Source: Podarcis filfolensis
Taxonomy: Eukaryota
Length of the DNA stretch: 64,000 nt
Strand: one strand, 5' to 3'
NCBI GenBank assembly: GCA_964270895.1
Contig: OZ185437.1
Positions 1 through 13,931 of this stretch are shown here, in pieces; within the stretch, counting starts at the first letter, position 1, and each line of letters begins with the position of its first letter. Under the pieces are notes generated by a model, which did no database searches, was not told the DNA's origin, and worked only from the letters and a program-made list of their open reading frames with translations. Both the position numbers and the translations under genes were made by a program.

Positions 1-1033
1 TGGGTGCAAAAGCGCTGCGGCAGGAGTGAAACTCTTCTTGTTGCTCGCAAAGTGGGTTAAAGTGCTTGCTCGTGCGCTGCGTTCTTCTCTCACACGCGGG
101 CGCGCGCACACGTCGCTCCCTGTTGCTAAAACAAAAACAGGTTGTTCACGCGCGTCCGCCTGTCGGGGAGTCGCTGCTCGAGCTGCGAGATACTCCTGGC
201 GTCGAGGCTCCACTGCCTCTCCAGCAAGTCGGGTGACTTATCCCGCTCTGTGTTCTCGTTGGCAACCCGCGCTCTCTCCTAGTGGGCAAGGGGGGGACGG
301 AGAGAAGAGCGCTCAAGAAATCTCCCTCCGCAGATCCTCCGTTTTGCCATTCTGCCTGTTTAATATCGGGCTGACTACTGCGGCCTCTGGTTTAAAGAAG
401 CTCGGCTTGCAATCCTGCGCAAGGTGAATCGGAAGCAGGGCCCTAGTGAGTCACAGTGAAGTGCTCTGGCTTGATCTGTTTTCTTTCTTTAACGATGGGC
501 TGTTGCTTTCAGACGCCAGCACAGATCCAATTCATAGATTTAAAAGAAAGGAGGACGGCAGGCTTTGCAAGAGCATTTCTCTCCCCGCTGCCCCATACAA
601 ATGCAAGGAAATCTTTCTTCTTTAACTTACTGCCCCGATGATCCACGCCTCCACACTCACCCACACACCAAAGTGGATATATTTTTGCTTTTCTCTTGTG
701 CCTTTATTAAAAATACCATTATTGTTTGCTCTGATCTACGCTTGGGCTCTACAAAGCACGTTTAGTTGTTTAGCTTCCGTGAGCGATGAGAGTTGAGGGG
801 GTGTGTGTCCTAAACTGCAAGAAGCAGCTCTGCAGCCATTGGCGGAGAGGGGGCAAAAGGGCACCATCCCAAAGGCTCAGGTCCTTTTCCTTCTGAAGAC
901 ATCAGGAAAAGCGTGGAGGCAGGACTCAACCCTGCCGCTCACTAACAAGCAATGCCATTAAAAATCTTGAAACATTCCGTTTATGAAGTTGATTGAAATT
1001 CCCTCTCCGAGCCCCTCACCCGACCCACTCACC

Positions 1034-1224
1034 CATAGGAGTCAACTCCTAGGAGCCGAGATCCCTTGCCCCCCCCCAAATAATATTTGAAGGGGCTGTG
1101 TCCCCCCCCAAAGTTGATGGGCATTGTCATTCAAATAGTGTGCCTGTGCCGCGTCATGTGATCGATTATGCAGGACAGGGCTTACCTGGGCGTCCACAAA
1201 ATTTTATTCAAGTTGGCACTGCGG
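1034..1224. mobile_element. hAT-like MITE (family with ...attttattcaagttggca terminus)
   Basis: Similar to copies at ~28540-28742 and ~29358-29540; degenerate 8-bp TSD CACTCACC/CCCTCGCC. Confidence 0.65.
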
Positions 1225-4062
1225 CCCTCGCCTGAGAACCAAACCAAATCTTTATTACGGTCAAAGACCATCACCTCCATACATAAATGAAACCTGCTCA
1301 CCCAAGAATGTCCTGGCAGTGAGCAAAGGTGCTGCAAGAAAGCGAAAGGTGCAAAACCAAGCAGAACTTAGTTCCTAAATAAGGAGCTCAGGCCTGCCTG
1401 GAGGCCACACCTTTTGACCCTTTAATCCCGCTGAGTTAGGGGAAGGCTGCACTCTGCACATGCTTCAGGTGCGCGCTCTCCTACGGCTCGCCTGGCCTCG
1501 GACGTAGGCTGCTTCCTCGATGAGCCCTGGCTCAGACTGAGGCGGGGGTCTGAAGGTGCAGGCCTCTTGGAGCCCGGGTGTCCGGTTGCTGCTTGGGGCG
1601 GCGGCGGCGGCGCGCCTGGTACTTGCCCGGCGTGAAATCCTCTCCTGTTCCTTTCTTCTGCGCTGCCTTCCCCTGGCCGCGTCCCAGCAGAATCCTGGCC
1701 ACAGGGGAACGAGCACCGTAACTAATTTTCGCCCAGACGCAGGACTCCTCTGGCAGCTGCACCCTGTCGCCATTTAATAACCCTACCGCGCTTCCTTCCC
1801 CAGTAATGAATGGGAACGGCAGGCGCTCGCTAACGGAAACCGGGCTCAAACCGGCTGCGGAGCAGAGCCACCTCCTCGGGCGAGATGGAGAGCGTCTCTC
1901 GAAAGTGGCGTCGGCTTTTCCCAGAGCGCCTTTTAGCGCACGCACAGATGTCTCATCTTTCAGCTTTGAAAACGAAGGAAAGGGCGGCTGCTGTCCTCTC
2001 AAGTGCTTCTCACAGCTAAGCGGTATAATCGGGTGCCTAAAAGCAGGGCCATTGTCACACGCCGCCTCGCTGCTCCGCGGACTTCTCGGGCTGTGGGACT
2101 CTGCGGCCACCTGGTCCAGAAGGCGAGGGTCGTCCTGGGCAGAGCCAAAGCGGCGCTTAGGGATGCACAGCTGTCCAAATCCCAGTCGGAGGGCAAGAAC
2201 ATCCTTGGTGGGACCTTTTTGACCTGAGGGGAGTAGGAGAGGTGGAGGTGGTACAGCCTGAGAAGCGCCTACCAGACTACGCATCCATAACTTCCTGAGA
2301 AAGGAAACAGCTAATTGCGCCATTTTGTTTTATTTTATATAAACTGCATTGAACTTTTTGATGGAGCCTGTGATCTTGCACGTCTGTTGTTCCTACTTCC
2401 CATAAACATCTATAACCCGCAGCTGTTACTCATATTATAAACACATAAGATAACAATTTATCACTCTGAAGACTGCCATCTTCATTAACCTCCATCCATG
2501 CCCTGATTTTAAAATTAGTTTAAGGCAAGTTTATGAAGTCAGCTTCCAAGAGAAAAGAAAATCGATGTTGAACTGGCGTTCTCACGTTGACAGAACAACA
2601 GCTAATCCACTTGTGGGTGTGAACCCTGATTATGTGCCGCATAAAGGACAGCAATTAATTATTTAGTAGTAATTAATAGGCTAATTAATCCCAGTGCTTT
2701 TGAAATGTCAGTTTAAACTTATCCCACAGGAGAGCTGTTTTCCTTTGGCCAAGGACAAAAAACCTGCAAACTTTTCAAGCAAGGAGGCAAGTTTGCCCCC
2801 TTAAACTACTACCATCCACCCCGTCCCTCCCAGGAAGCATTCGGCAGCTATGGTGTAATGGGCCCCGCCGCCTGCCTGCCCGCGCAGGTCGAATCCCCCC
2901 GACGTCCGTGGAGAGGAGCGCCGTGCTGCGCCGGGGTCACTCCTTGCCCGCCTCCTCTGTCCCTGCCTGCTCACGATGGGACGGATCTGCCCTGCCGCCT
3001 TTGCCGACGGGGGCTCCTCGTGGAAGCCGGCGCCGGCGGGGGGGGGGGGCTGGTTGCAGCCCCTCAGAATTTCGCGCTATGCCACTTATTTCAGCACTTA
3101 ATTCTACAACACTCCGTTCTCCATTATCACGTAGCTTTTGCCAGCCCTATATATAAAAATATTGTTATAATTTTAAAGATTTTTTTTCCATGCACGCTAA
3201 ATCTAAAATCAAATCTTGATCAAATACAGTCTGGGTTAGATCCTAAATTACTATTTAAAACAAAAACCCCAATTTCTGTAAACGCAATAGGACTTTCTGA
3301 TTGCAGTACAGTATCTCAGTCCGGGGTATATTGTACCCTGAATCCCTTCGCTGAAGTCTTTTGTCTCATACTCGTGTAAGAAGCTATTCCCTGGCTAAGC
3401 TGGTTTCGGATCCTGGGTTGTGGGTCCAGCTTCTATTCGTTTTTTACTTTTTGCCCCCAGCCTGGACTAGCAGAATTGCGAACCTGAAGTTTCATAAATA
3501 TTCACTTCCTAGAAGCTTTTGCCAAGTGACCGGTTTAACAGGAGTGCCAAGTGGAAGCTTTCCAGAAGGTAATGACCAACACAACCCCAGGATGATTTGG
3601 CCCCAGCCTGCCCAGCTGCGGGGAACAGGCAGCGTTTGAGGGTAATTAACATATGAAAGTTACTGCCAGGCTTCAGGTGTTCCTGTCTCCCTCGAACAGC
3701 ACCCACACCCCGCCCCAAGATCCGTGGAGAAAGGCTTGCGCTGGGTAACTTTTGCGCTTTCCCAAAGGCAGAGAGTGGCCAAGGGGGCGGTAGCGCACTC
3801 ACACCCTTTCCACTGCGTTTATAACCCCTCAAAGTTTTGGTTGGACGCCAATCCAATTACAGTAATTAAAAGGCAGCTCACTGAGATAAAGTGCGGCGAC
3901 CCAGCGTTCCCTCCTCCCCTCCCCTCGGAAATAAAATCGATCTGTCCCCGCCAGAGCAGCGGCCTGACGGAGGTGCAGAGCTAAGGGGGGGGGGCTTGGG
4001 GGCGCGCTCCAGCCCCTCCGCGGCTCTCGGGTCGCCCAAGAAGGATGACGCAGACAAGGGCT

Positions 4063-4083
4063 TTTATTAGTTTGGATTTTATT
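4063..4083 (-). terminator. Probable OTX1 poly(A) signals (two AATAAA)
   Basis: tttatt on + at 4063-4068 and 4078-4083, giving a ~1.35-kb 3'UTR. Confidence 0.6.
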
Positions 4084-5421
4084 ATAGGGATATGTAGATA
4101 AAGGGAAGGGGGGAGATTTGCCTTACATTTCAACAGGTGACTGTTGCATTAACGGGGTAAATAATCAACTTTACAATTTCGCACTCTCTCTTTCCTCTCC
4201 ATTCCCGAGAGCAAAGCAGGCCCCCAACGGGTTTTGTTTTTGTTTTTTTGGAGGCGGATGACAGAGTACGCGGGATGTGTCCAGCCAAGGCAACACTAGA
4301 GAAAGGAGGACTGGCGTGTTCTGCTCCAGGGGCTGCTCCGGTGGCGCGTAGCGCATTCCAACTCCCGCACCCACACCTACCCCGCTTTTGTCGCACCCTT
4401 CACCTCCCCACCCCTCGAAATGCCTCTTTCCCTCACCCTCCTTACCAAACGGGGCATTCCTGTCTTTCCCAACTAGTGGAACCTTCCTCTTCCCACCCGC
4501 AAAAATTATCGAGATATAAAAAGACCAAAAAAGTTGCAAGGGAAGTCCTGGCCGGGGAAAAAGATGAGATGCGCGCGGTTCCTTCCATTTCCTGTACGTT
4601 AGGCTCAAGATATTGAGTTCACCTTCACCTCAGTTAATCAAACTAAAAATAAAAAGGGTCTCTGGAACGGACTTAACATTACACTATATACACAATTCCT
4701 GCCGTTTTTTGTAATACAATCCTACGGAGAGAACTGGGGGAGAAGAGTCTCCCAAGGAGATGGGGGGGGGGATTAAGAGCTGTACACAGAAGTCTGCAAT
4801 CGGCATGAAAGCAAAGGGCGCTTCCTCCCTCTCACCTGGGACGAGAGTGAGCGTTACAAAGCTTCCAGCAACATGGCTGGGGCGGGGGGAGGAATCTTGT
4901 GCGCGCGGGGGGGGGGGTCTCCAGGGAACATGTATGTGAAAAGGAGGAGAACGAATTTAAAGTTCTCTTCTGTTTAAAAATAAGAGCAGAATGCGGAACA
5001 TAATCCCAGACAGCGAATAAATAACACACCAGGAGTCAAGCAGATAAGAGAGAGGCGGAGAGCAGCAGGCCTGATCCAGCAGCCGTTTAGCCGCATCCTT
5101 GGTTGTGTGGGAAGGAGCTGGAAAAAGAGGCATGCTATTTGGACGCGGGGCGCTTACACTTTCTTTTCATGTTCTTTAAATATTTTTTGAGAAAAGAAAA
5201 GAAAAGTGTCGATGAACTGGTCTGCGTGAGAAGAGGCGGTTTGGGGAGCAGGAGGGCCGAGGCTTTGGTGGAGAGCGCGCAGAGACGTCGGTGCTGGGCG
5301 TGGGGAGACGAGGCTGCCCCGAGGGAGCGGGGGGTGGCGGGGCTGCGGGTGCTCGAGCGGAGACGCGGCTGGCGCTGCCTTCCTCCTTTGGCTGGCTAAA
5401 ACTTCCCGCGAGCGGCGTCCC

Positions 5422-6267
5422 TCACAGCACCTGGAAGCGCCAAGAGGCCTGGTCTTTGTAGTCCAGGCAGTCCGGGGAGTTGAAGTTCAGCTTCCAGGAA
5501 GAGGCGGCGGCTGGGGCCGGCTCCTTGTAGTCCAGGCAGTCGGAGGAGTTGAAGGCCAGTCCGGTGCCCCCGTAGCCCGGCTGGTGATGGTGGTGGTGGT
5601 GGTGATGGTGGTGGTGACTGGAGCCCTGGCCCAGCGGGTGGTGCGCGTGCGGGTGCGCCGCGCCGGCCATGGAGGAAGGCGCCATGGGGCTGAGCTGGTG
5701 CGCGTGCGGGTGCGCGTGCATGGGCAAGTAGGAGCCGCAGTCCACCCCGCCGAAGTAGGAGGAGGAGGGCGGCGGGGGCGGCGGGGGCGGCGCGGGGTAG
5801 CCCTGCGCGTAGCCGCCGCCCTGCCCGTAGGACATCGGGTAAGAGGCGGAGGGCGCGCCCGAGACGGAGCGCTGCATGCAGGAGGCGCCGCCGGGCGCCA
5901 GGGGCTCGGGCACGGCGCCGGGCGAGATGGACGCGGGGCTCCAGATGGACGAGGCGGCCACGGCCGAGGGCGCGCTGCTGAGGGACGCCGAGGAAGAGGA
6001 CGAGGCCGAGCCGGAGCCGGCGGCCCCGCTGCCCGCAGGGTTGCCCAAGGCCGCTGCCCCGCTGGCCGGGCCCGAGGAGTTGGAGCTGGAGGAGGACGAC
6101 GACGAGGCGGAGCTGGAGACGGCGGGCGGCGTGAACTGGCCGCTGCTCTCCGAGCCCGAGCTCTCCCGCGCCGGCGACGACTTCTTCTTGGCCGGCCGGC
6201 TCTTGGCGCCGCTGCCGCTCTGCTGCTGCTGCTGGCGGCACTTGGCGCGGCGGTTTTTGAACCAGAC
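5422..6267 (-). CDS. OTX1: OTX1 last coding exon ([11 protein letters not shown] with K50, SIWSPA, poly-His, two OTX tails ending [10 protein letters not shown])
   Basis: ORF 5422-6402. Acceptor ttcttccag|GTC TGG; TGA at 5422-5424. The His-rich insert distinguishes OTX1 from OTX2/CRX. Spliced CDS 97+152+846=1095 nt, 364 aa. Confidence 0.98.
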   Translation of the reverse strand, partial: VWFKNRRAKCRQQQQQSGSGAKSRPAKKKSSPARESSGSESSGQFTPPAVSSSASSSSSSSSNSSGPASGAAALGNPAGSGAAGSGSASSSSSASLSSAPSAVAASSIWSPASISPGAVPEPLAPGGASCMQRSVSGAPSASYPMSYGQGGGYAQGYPAPPPPPPPPSSSYFGGVDCGSYLPMHAHPHAHQLSPMAPSSMAGAAHPHAHHPLGQGSSHHHHHHHHHHHQPGYGGTGLAFNSSDCLDYKEPAPAAASSWKLNFNSPDCLDYKDQASWRFQVL

Positions 6268-7519
6268 CTGGAAGAAAAAGAAAAGAAAAGAAAATGGGGG
6301 CGGGGGGCGGAACAGGCTCTTCCACGAATCAGGGACCCCACCCCTGCTCTGCCACCCAGTCTCTTCCCCTCGCCCACTTTGGCACACGCTGTGTGATCGC
6401 AACGAAACAGAAAAGTGCCAAACAATCTCAATCTACGCGGAATGGTGCAGGGCGGAAGAGGCCGTTTAGCAGCTGTCCAGGTTAGCCTATCATCCTCCAT
6501 CACTACACATCACTACACAATGGATCTACACATCCATTGCCGGCTTCCCCCTCTTCCTACCAGTGGTAATCAGGAGCCACCAGGCTCTGGCTCAGCGCGT
6601 TCTCTCTCGCCAGTCTCTGCACACTGTTGCGTTCATGTGGGGCCCGCGAGGAAGGGAAGGGAAGTCGTTGGTGCGACCCAGAACAGCTAACCAATTCTGG
6701 GCGACTCTGGAACCCCACGTAGCCACCACAAATCACACCCTAGCCAAAACACCCCCAGACTCAGCACCCGCCTGGCATGACACCCACCTTCCGCTCAGGT
6801 GAATGACGCAACCCAACATGGTTTGATCAAGTTTCCCCCCTAGCCAACTTCCATCCTCCTCCCAGCAGGCTCCTGCAGAGAGGGGCTGCCAGTCCACCCA
6901 CATCCATAATGTCATACTATCAAGAAGTAGGAAAGGGAGTGGGAGTCTGCACCAGTTCCACCAACACTCCCCTGTCCAACCAATCCTCCTTATAGCCATT
7001 TATAAATTACGGTAAACTGGCAGTCCAGCACCTCATGCACCTTCTACTAGTAACACCCAATAGAAGCAGGCAATGAGCCAGCCATCAGCGTAGGAACATG
7101 AGAAGCTGTCTTATCCTGAGTCAAACCTTTGGTCCAGCTAGCTCAGTATTGTCTACACTGTCTGGCAATGGATTTCCAGGGTTTCAGACGAGGATCTCTC
7201 CATTCAGAAACTGGAGATTTAATCTGGGATTTTCTTCTCCTAAAGAATGCACTGCTACAGAGCTCCTTGCAGCTCCTTGCCCAAAGGATTGCTATTAAAG
7301 AATCCTATTAGCTAGAGATTTTATATGTAGCAAAGATGTTAAATCCATCCCTCCACCTGTCCCTCTCAAATATCTAGCAAGGAGGATTCATCAGCACCCA
7401 ATAGGAAAATGCTAGATGTGGAGAACTGCACCCCTAATTAAGCATCCGTCCAACAGAACACCGTATTCTCTTTCTGACACCATTCTACATTCCCATCCTA
7501 CAGAGAGAGGGAGCCATTA

Positions 7520-7642
7520 TAAGGTTACCAGACGTCCCCATTTCCCAGGGACAGTCTCCGGATTTACAAACCAGTCCCCATACAAAATCCATTGAAGTTG
7601 AAAAGTGTCCTCAGATTCACTGAAAAAAATCTGGTAACCTTA
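7520..7642. mobile_element. hAT MITE (Blackjack/Tip100-like termini) in the last OTX1 intron
   Basis: TIR TAAGGTTACCAGA...TCTGGTAACCTTA; perfect 8-bp TSD AGCCATTA at 7512-7519 and 7643-7650. Confidence 0.9.
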
Positions 7643-10600
7643 AGCCATTAGGAACAAAGTTCTCAGCCTGTTCCGTTCAACAGTACCCAGCTTGGCCTCC
7701 CCCCTAAATATATATCTAGAGCTATCATCTTAATACACCCTGCTTGAGACTATCTTTTAGGAGACAGTATAACTCTCAGCATACCCAAAACAGAAACCAT
7801 TCCTTTGTTGCAGACACACCCATCCCAGTACATGGCATCATTAGTATCCTTTATGATCAGTTAAGAGCAAGCCGGCATTTTTACTGTGTCATTCCTTATC
7901 CTTCAACCTGTAAGACTAGTCAACAGGTAGCATCCTATCCTGTTACTACTGTCCACTGTCTACTCTTCCTTTTGCTCATCAGTCGGTCAGCTCCCTCATC
8001 TACATCTCCAAAAAGTCTAAGACAATCAGTATCGTGCATCCTTTAGCAAGCTCCTAGATAAACTCTGCTCCACCAAACTACATGGAACAAACATGAACCA
8101 AATCCATATCCAACAAAAAACTATCCTAACAGCCACTGCTTTAGTGTACACTTGCCCAGCTGAGTCTATGGCGTAAAAAGGCAAGGAACACCACTCAGTG
8201 TTGTCAGTATGAAAGGATATCAGCATCAGCATGATACAGTTGCTACCAACATACTGAAGAGCAGCCAAATGAGTCTTGTTTCCCATTATTATTACTTATG
8301 CAAGGTCGTCTCATCAATTCAACAGGTTCCTTCACACTTTACCAGCCAGAGTTCTCATCTTAACATGAGAAAATCAAGTTGTAACCAGCATAACATCCAC
8401 CTGTCAGTGCCAAGGACATACAGCCCAGTCACCACCCAGTTGTATTAAGTGCTCTGTTACAGCCAGTCCTTCAGTGAAATTCCCAGTAGAGTTTCAAGAC
8501 TGTGTCACGTTGACTACCACCTACATATCATTTCACCAACCGTCTGACTGTGTGATGAGCACAGAATTTTTGAAGTTAAAACAGTTTGCTTCCAGGACTT
8601 AGCTGCCTTAACACCATCGTAATCACAGTGCACTTATCTATCCTTTATATGGAAACTCAGTTCATCGTATTATCTGACAGACAAGATGGAGCACCCTTAA
8701 TCACTTTGTGGGAACTGGAATTTCAGTGTAGCAATCCAAGTCCAGAGAACCCATAGTATGGAATTCAGAATGGCTGTAATTCTCACATCAGTCCCTCCCC
8801 CCGCCTCCCATACAGGTTATCCTTGTGATATTTGGTAAGCTTTTATGAATCTCAACCTCAATCACTAACATTTTAATCATAGATTCTTTTTTTGTTAAGT
8901 AACATGCCACATCAGGTAGTAGCTATTTCACGAATACAATAACAGTATAGGAAACAGACTTAATTTCAAGTATGTTTGCATTGAACCTTGATCAGAGTAA
9001 CACCCTTTCCAATAGGTGCTTTACCACTGCAACTCCCAGTGAGTTTCCAATAGGGCTTGCTTGTAGGTAAATACATGTAGGAACAGATATTGGAGCCATT
9101 TTAGACATTAATAGTGTCCTACATACATAGCTCTCTGTGATCTATTATCCATAGTTGTACTTCACTCCATTTACATGTAGTAAAACGCAGCCTGCCCACA
9201 TAGCATGCATGCATGCATTGAAATGCAACAATGACATGCACTTTTTAATTCCTTTCTTTTCCAGGTAAATGCTTTCCATGTAGAAAACCCCTTAGGTCTG
9301 AACTGACCCTCAAAGAGAAAGAGGACATTGACCAAATAATTAGCAGACAGGAAGAATCTCACCTTGCACAACAGAGGTGTGGTTGCATTTTCATTACAGG
9401 TATATTTACAGTTCTAAAGAGCAGCCTTATGGCCTGTCCTATCTAGTCACTAACACTAATACAGCAAGGGAGGTATGGTCAGGAAATGGTCTATGACCTT
9501 GCCTCAGCAGGCTGAAACTGAATCCCTCCTTTTCCATGGGTTGCCAGAGGAAACCCCTGAAATAAGCTCTAGCCAGATAAAGCTGGATTGCATAAAGGAT
9601 GGCAGGCTTGGTGTGATGCCAAGCCTAGCTAAGTGGGGCTTCCCCAGAGTTGTGTAGACTGGTCAAAATCTTATTAGCAAAACTTTGCAAATGCAAAATA
9701 ATAAACACCCTTTGTTCACCTCTCTGCATCAAAATGTTCAAAATGGAACTGGCTCTTTTGGACTCCTGTGAAGGAGTATCTGCTCTCCACTCTAGCCTAC
9801 AGCAGCTGCAGCAGCATCCAAATTAGTAGAATTTAGTTCTAGAGATGCCCTTTGTTGACTGTTGGGGATCCATCTGGAGGAAAGTGGGCTTTAGGGAAAT
9901 AAAGGTTTGAGAAATCTGAGCTCAAAGTGCATTTAAAAAAGATTTTCTTCCTAGGATTCTGACCTGAGCCAAGGTGTGTACGCATACATACCCACACCCA
10001 ATCCAAACACAGCAACCTGAAGTCTGGCAAATTAGCGTCTGCCTGCTCCTAGTCTTTTGGAATAAACAAACTGAAAAGCAAACCCTCATATATGGCAAAG
10101 CCAGTGTGTGAGTTTCAAGTCAACAACTGAGCTTAAGATGCTACAGGAAAGGGAAATGTATGTGTGGTGTGAGGTGGGAAGATAACAAAACAAAAGCCTC
10201 ACATAATGTAGCAACTGGGTCACAATGTTTATTTTACTAGTCCTGTGGGAGTCAGCTGAACTACTTCAGGATCAACAATGTCTCTTCAATGGGTCTGCAC
10301 TAGGGCAGAGCTTTTTTAAAGAGGGGACACTGCAGCACCCAGGGACACCCAGCAGCCCCCATGCCGCCCTGCAATCCCTTGTGGCGTCCGGTGGAAATAG
10401 ACTTCAGTTGAAATTAATGTGATTTTTCCTTCCAAGAAAGGTAGAAATCACAACAAATTTAAGTTGTAAAGAAGTCCTAGTGAGAGACTTCTAACTAATA
10501 ATGTTTAAGGTTCTGCTCTAAGTGTATTTAGGATTGTCTTGAATAGAACACATATTTACTTGGTAATATTTTAAGGAAATTTGCTCCAAATGTGCCTGGG

Positions 10601-11835
10601 GGAGGAGACCTTAAACATACTGAAACTGATTTTAATAGCTTCTATTGTAAGATATGGCTCCCCCTTATGCTCATGGGGTTGCAAGGTATGAGGAACATAC
10701 TGGCATATGTGGTGGGGATGTAACTATGTAAACAAATTCTGGAATTAGGCGGCAACAGAAATTAGTATTATCATAGACAAACAGGTCACTCTGGGCTCTC
10801 AGTTATGTCTTTTATCTATTTTTGATGGTGCCAATGCCAATCTTATTTGTAAACAATTCATTTTATATTTGCTGCTTGCTTAGCGGTTTCTCAAGGGTGA
10901 AAGGACACATCTTGCTACTCTTTGGACTCATGGTTCAAAAATGTTGTGTTTATTGTCATTTATTAAAAACTGACTCATAAGATACATGCTTCCAGGGGCG
11001 ATGCAGACTCCTCAGATTTTGCATTGTCTGGTCGTTGTTCATTATTTACATGACCAAACAACTCATGGTTGCCACACTCCTACTCAATATGATTTTATCT
11101 AGTGATGTTTATGAATGCTTAATATATTTTGCATAAAAATGAATCCTGTATCCCACCATGGAATATCTTTTATGCTATCCATTCTCTTTATATAGCTCTA
11201 TTACCTTATAATGTATTTTCATTCTGTTTGCCCTTATGACATTTTATGATGCATTTTAGTTTGTTGTTTTGTTTATTGAATTGGCAATTTTTAAATTAAA
11301 GTTTAGATTTAAAAGGTAAAAAAACCAACCCTGATGAAAATCAATGGGGTTTAAACAAATTACGCACAATCCAACAAAAGTCAGTCACACTTTAAAATTA
11401 AAAAGCTACGCCGATTTGTTTGATCTCAAACCCAACTGAACTTGGTGGGCATCAGCTGGATCTAACTTTGGCTGGAGTCTGCCCATTTATCTGTGTTTAG
11501 GATCGGGATTGTTGGCCTCCTGACTAGTGAGAAGGAGAAAACAAGACAACGGAGAGGGTCCAGCTAGTCTTTATATAGCCAAGGGGAATTGGACCTTGAC
11601 GCCAAGGGAAGCGGTTGTTGACTCCAACAAGCGGCTTCAAAGCTCCTAATTGTGAGACTTTTGGTTATATAACTTAAGCGCCGAAAAGTTATTTCGCTCC
11701 AGCATTGGCGGGTAAGGAATTTTAGCTGCAGTTTAACAAGAGAGGCCTAGTTAGGTGCGAACTCAGGGAAGATATGGCCACACAAAACATGAGAAAAACC
11801 CGCAAATTAAAACAAAGCGAACGTTCCACGCGTCA

Positions 11836-12510
<675 letters not shown>

Positions 12511-13834
12511 TCACTTGAAGTTCTGGGTCTCTTGGCGACAACCCAGTTAAAATGTTAGTATCTGTACTTAATTAGATTATTTACAGCCCAGTCATTTAAA
12601 TAATTTTTAAAAAGAACTTTAGTTGGACGTAAGTTCCAGGGAAGACCTTAGGTCTTGAATCCTCCAAGTAAAGATGCAATCCCAGGTATAATTTACTCCG
12701 CAGTAACTGCAGCAGAATTAAATTGGTGCTACTCTGCAGAACAAACACGCTTTTTGGAATGACGGTTTAAAGCTGCAGCCCTGCAATGGGAGCGAGTTTC
12801 ACTGGAGTCAGCGGAGGGTTACGTCACAGTGAAAGCCCGTAGGACTGGGCTGCCTGCGCATTCAGGGTCAGGAGAAGTCAAGCATTTCTGAAGGACAGAG
12901 AACTTCTTGAGCTGGGGATAGACAGCACTTTCTCGCATTATATGCCACGACTTCCAGCTTAACTTGGTTGTGGATCAGGCTATAACAGCATTTGAAAAGG
13001 CACGGGGAAAGCCCATCAACACCCCATTTCTTCATTTCTCAGCAAACTCATCCGTGGGGGCGGAGAGTACTGTGGACTTATGGACCCGGGAAAAGAAAAG
13101 ATTGGCTCCTAACTTCGGATGGGCAGCCCAAGTTCGAAATCAAAGGATTTCACGCCCACCCCCAGTTAGTTCTCAAGCACGAATAACCTTAGGAGAACTA
13201 ACATTTAAACGTGTTTGTATTTGGCTTTAGATATATCCCTCAAAGTGCAAGTAGTTTAAACACACTTTTGTTTTATTTGTAATATTGTCAAGGCACACAC
13301 TCCAACAACAACAAAAATAAATGGGGTCTTAAAAAGCAAGTCAAAATCTGAAACTTGGCAACTCACACTTTGGACAGTAAACATTTTGCTAGCCTGCTCC
13401 CCATTGATTATAATTAGGGACTAAATACCAAATTACTAAATACCAAAATACCAAATACCAACCTGTTTAAAGGTTGGCCTGGGGTGCTAGGGTGCCATGA
13501 GAAATAAGCATTTTAACATTGAATTAAACGCCAGGAAAATCAGAAGTGTTCACTTTCCAATTCTTTAGGTTTAGGATACCACAGGTATGGGGGTGATAAT
13601 AAGAGTGGATAATTCAATTCTGGAAAATTTTGCTGACCTGGAAAAAAATAATATGATCTATCAAGAGCTTTATCCATAAGCTCTCGGATCCCTTTCACCT
13701 TGTAGAACCTCTACAATAAATTGAGGAACTATTTTATTTCAGCCGCATAAATTAAATACGAGGCTGCTTGGAGGGGCTCGATCCGCCTGGCCAATAATCA
13801 GTGGGTAGAAGCAAAAGAGGTTGGTGCTGCTCAC

Positions 13835-13931
13835 CCGGATACCCCACGGAAGGGTGGAGAAGATCCATCGCAGGTCCCGCCAGCCCCAGCCCATTCATGC
13901 CATAGGGGGGCTGTTTGAGGTAAGACATCAT
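13835..13931 (-). CDS. OTX1: OTX1 first coding exon ([32 protein letters not shown] + 1 nt)
   Basis: Manual minus-strand translation gives the OTX1 N-terminus. Acceptor ctttccag|CTTTTAGC ATG (exon starts 13939); donor CCG G|gtgagc at 13834. 97 coding nt, phase 1. Not in the ORF track. Confidence 0.97.

Noticed and set aside
5066-5086. gcctgatccagcag in the OTX1 3'UTR resembling the CR1 tail
   Set aside because: Too short, with no further CR1 similarity on either side.
5396-6503. Long overlapping ORFs (5396-6325 -, 5487-6503 -, 5584-6396 +, 5876-6469 +)
   Set aside because: Shadow frames of the extremely GC-rich OTX1 exon; low-complexity R/A/P/G translations.
8552-8680. Box C (GTGATGA) and box D (CTGA) pair suggesting a snoRNA
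   Set aside because: Antisense to the host intron, with only a ~3-bp terminal stem.
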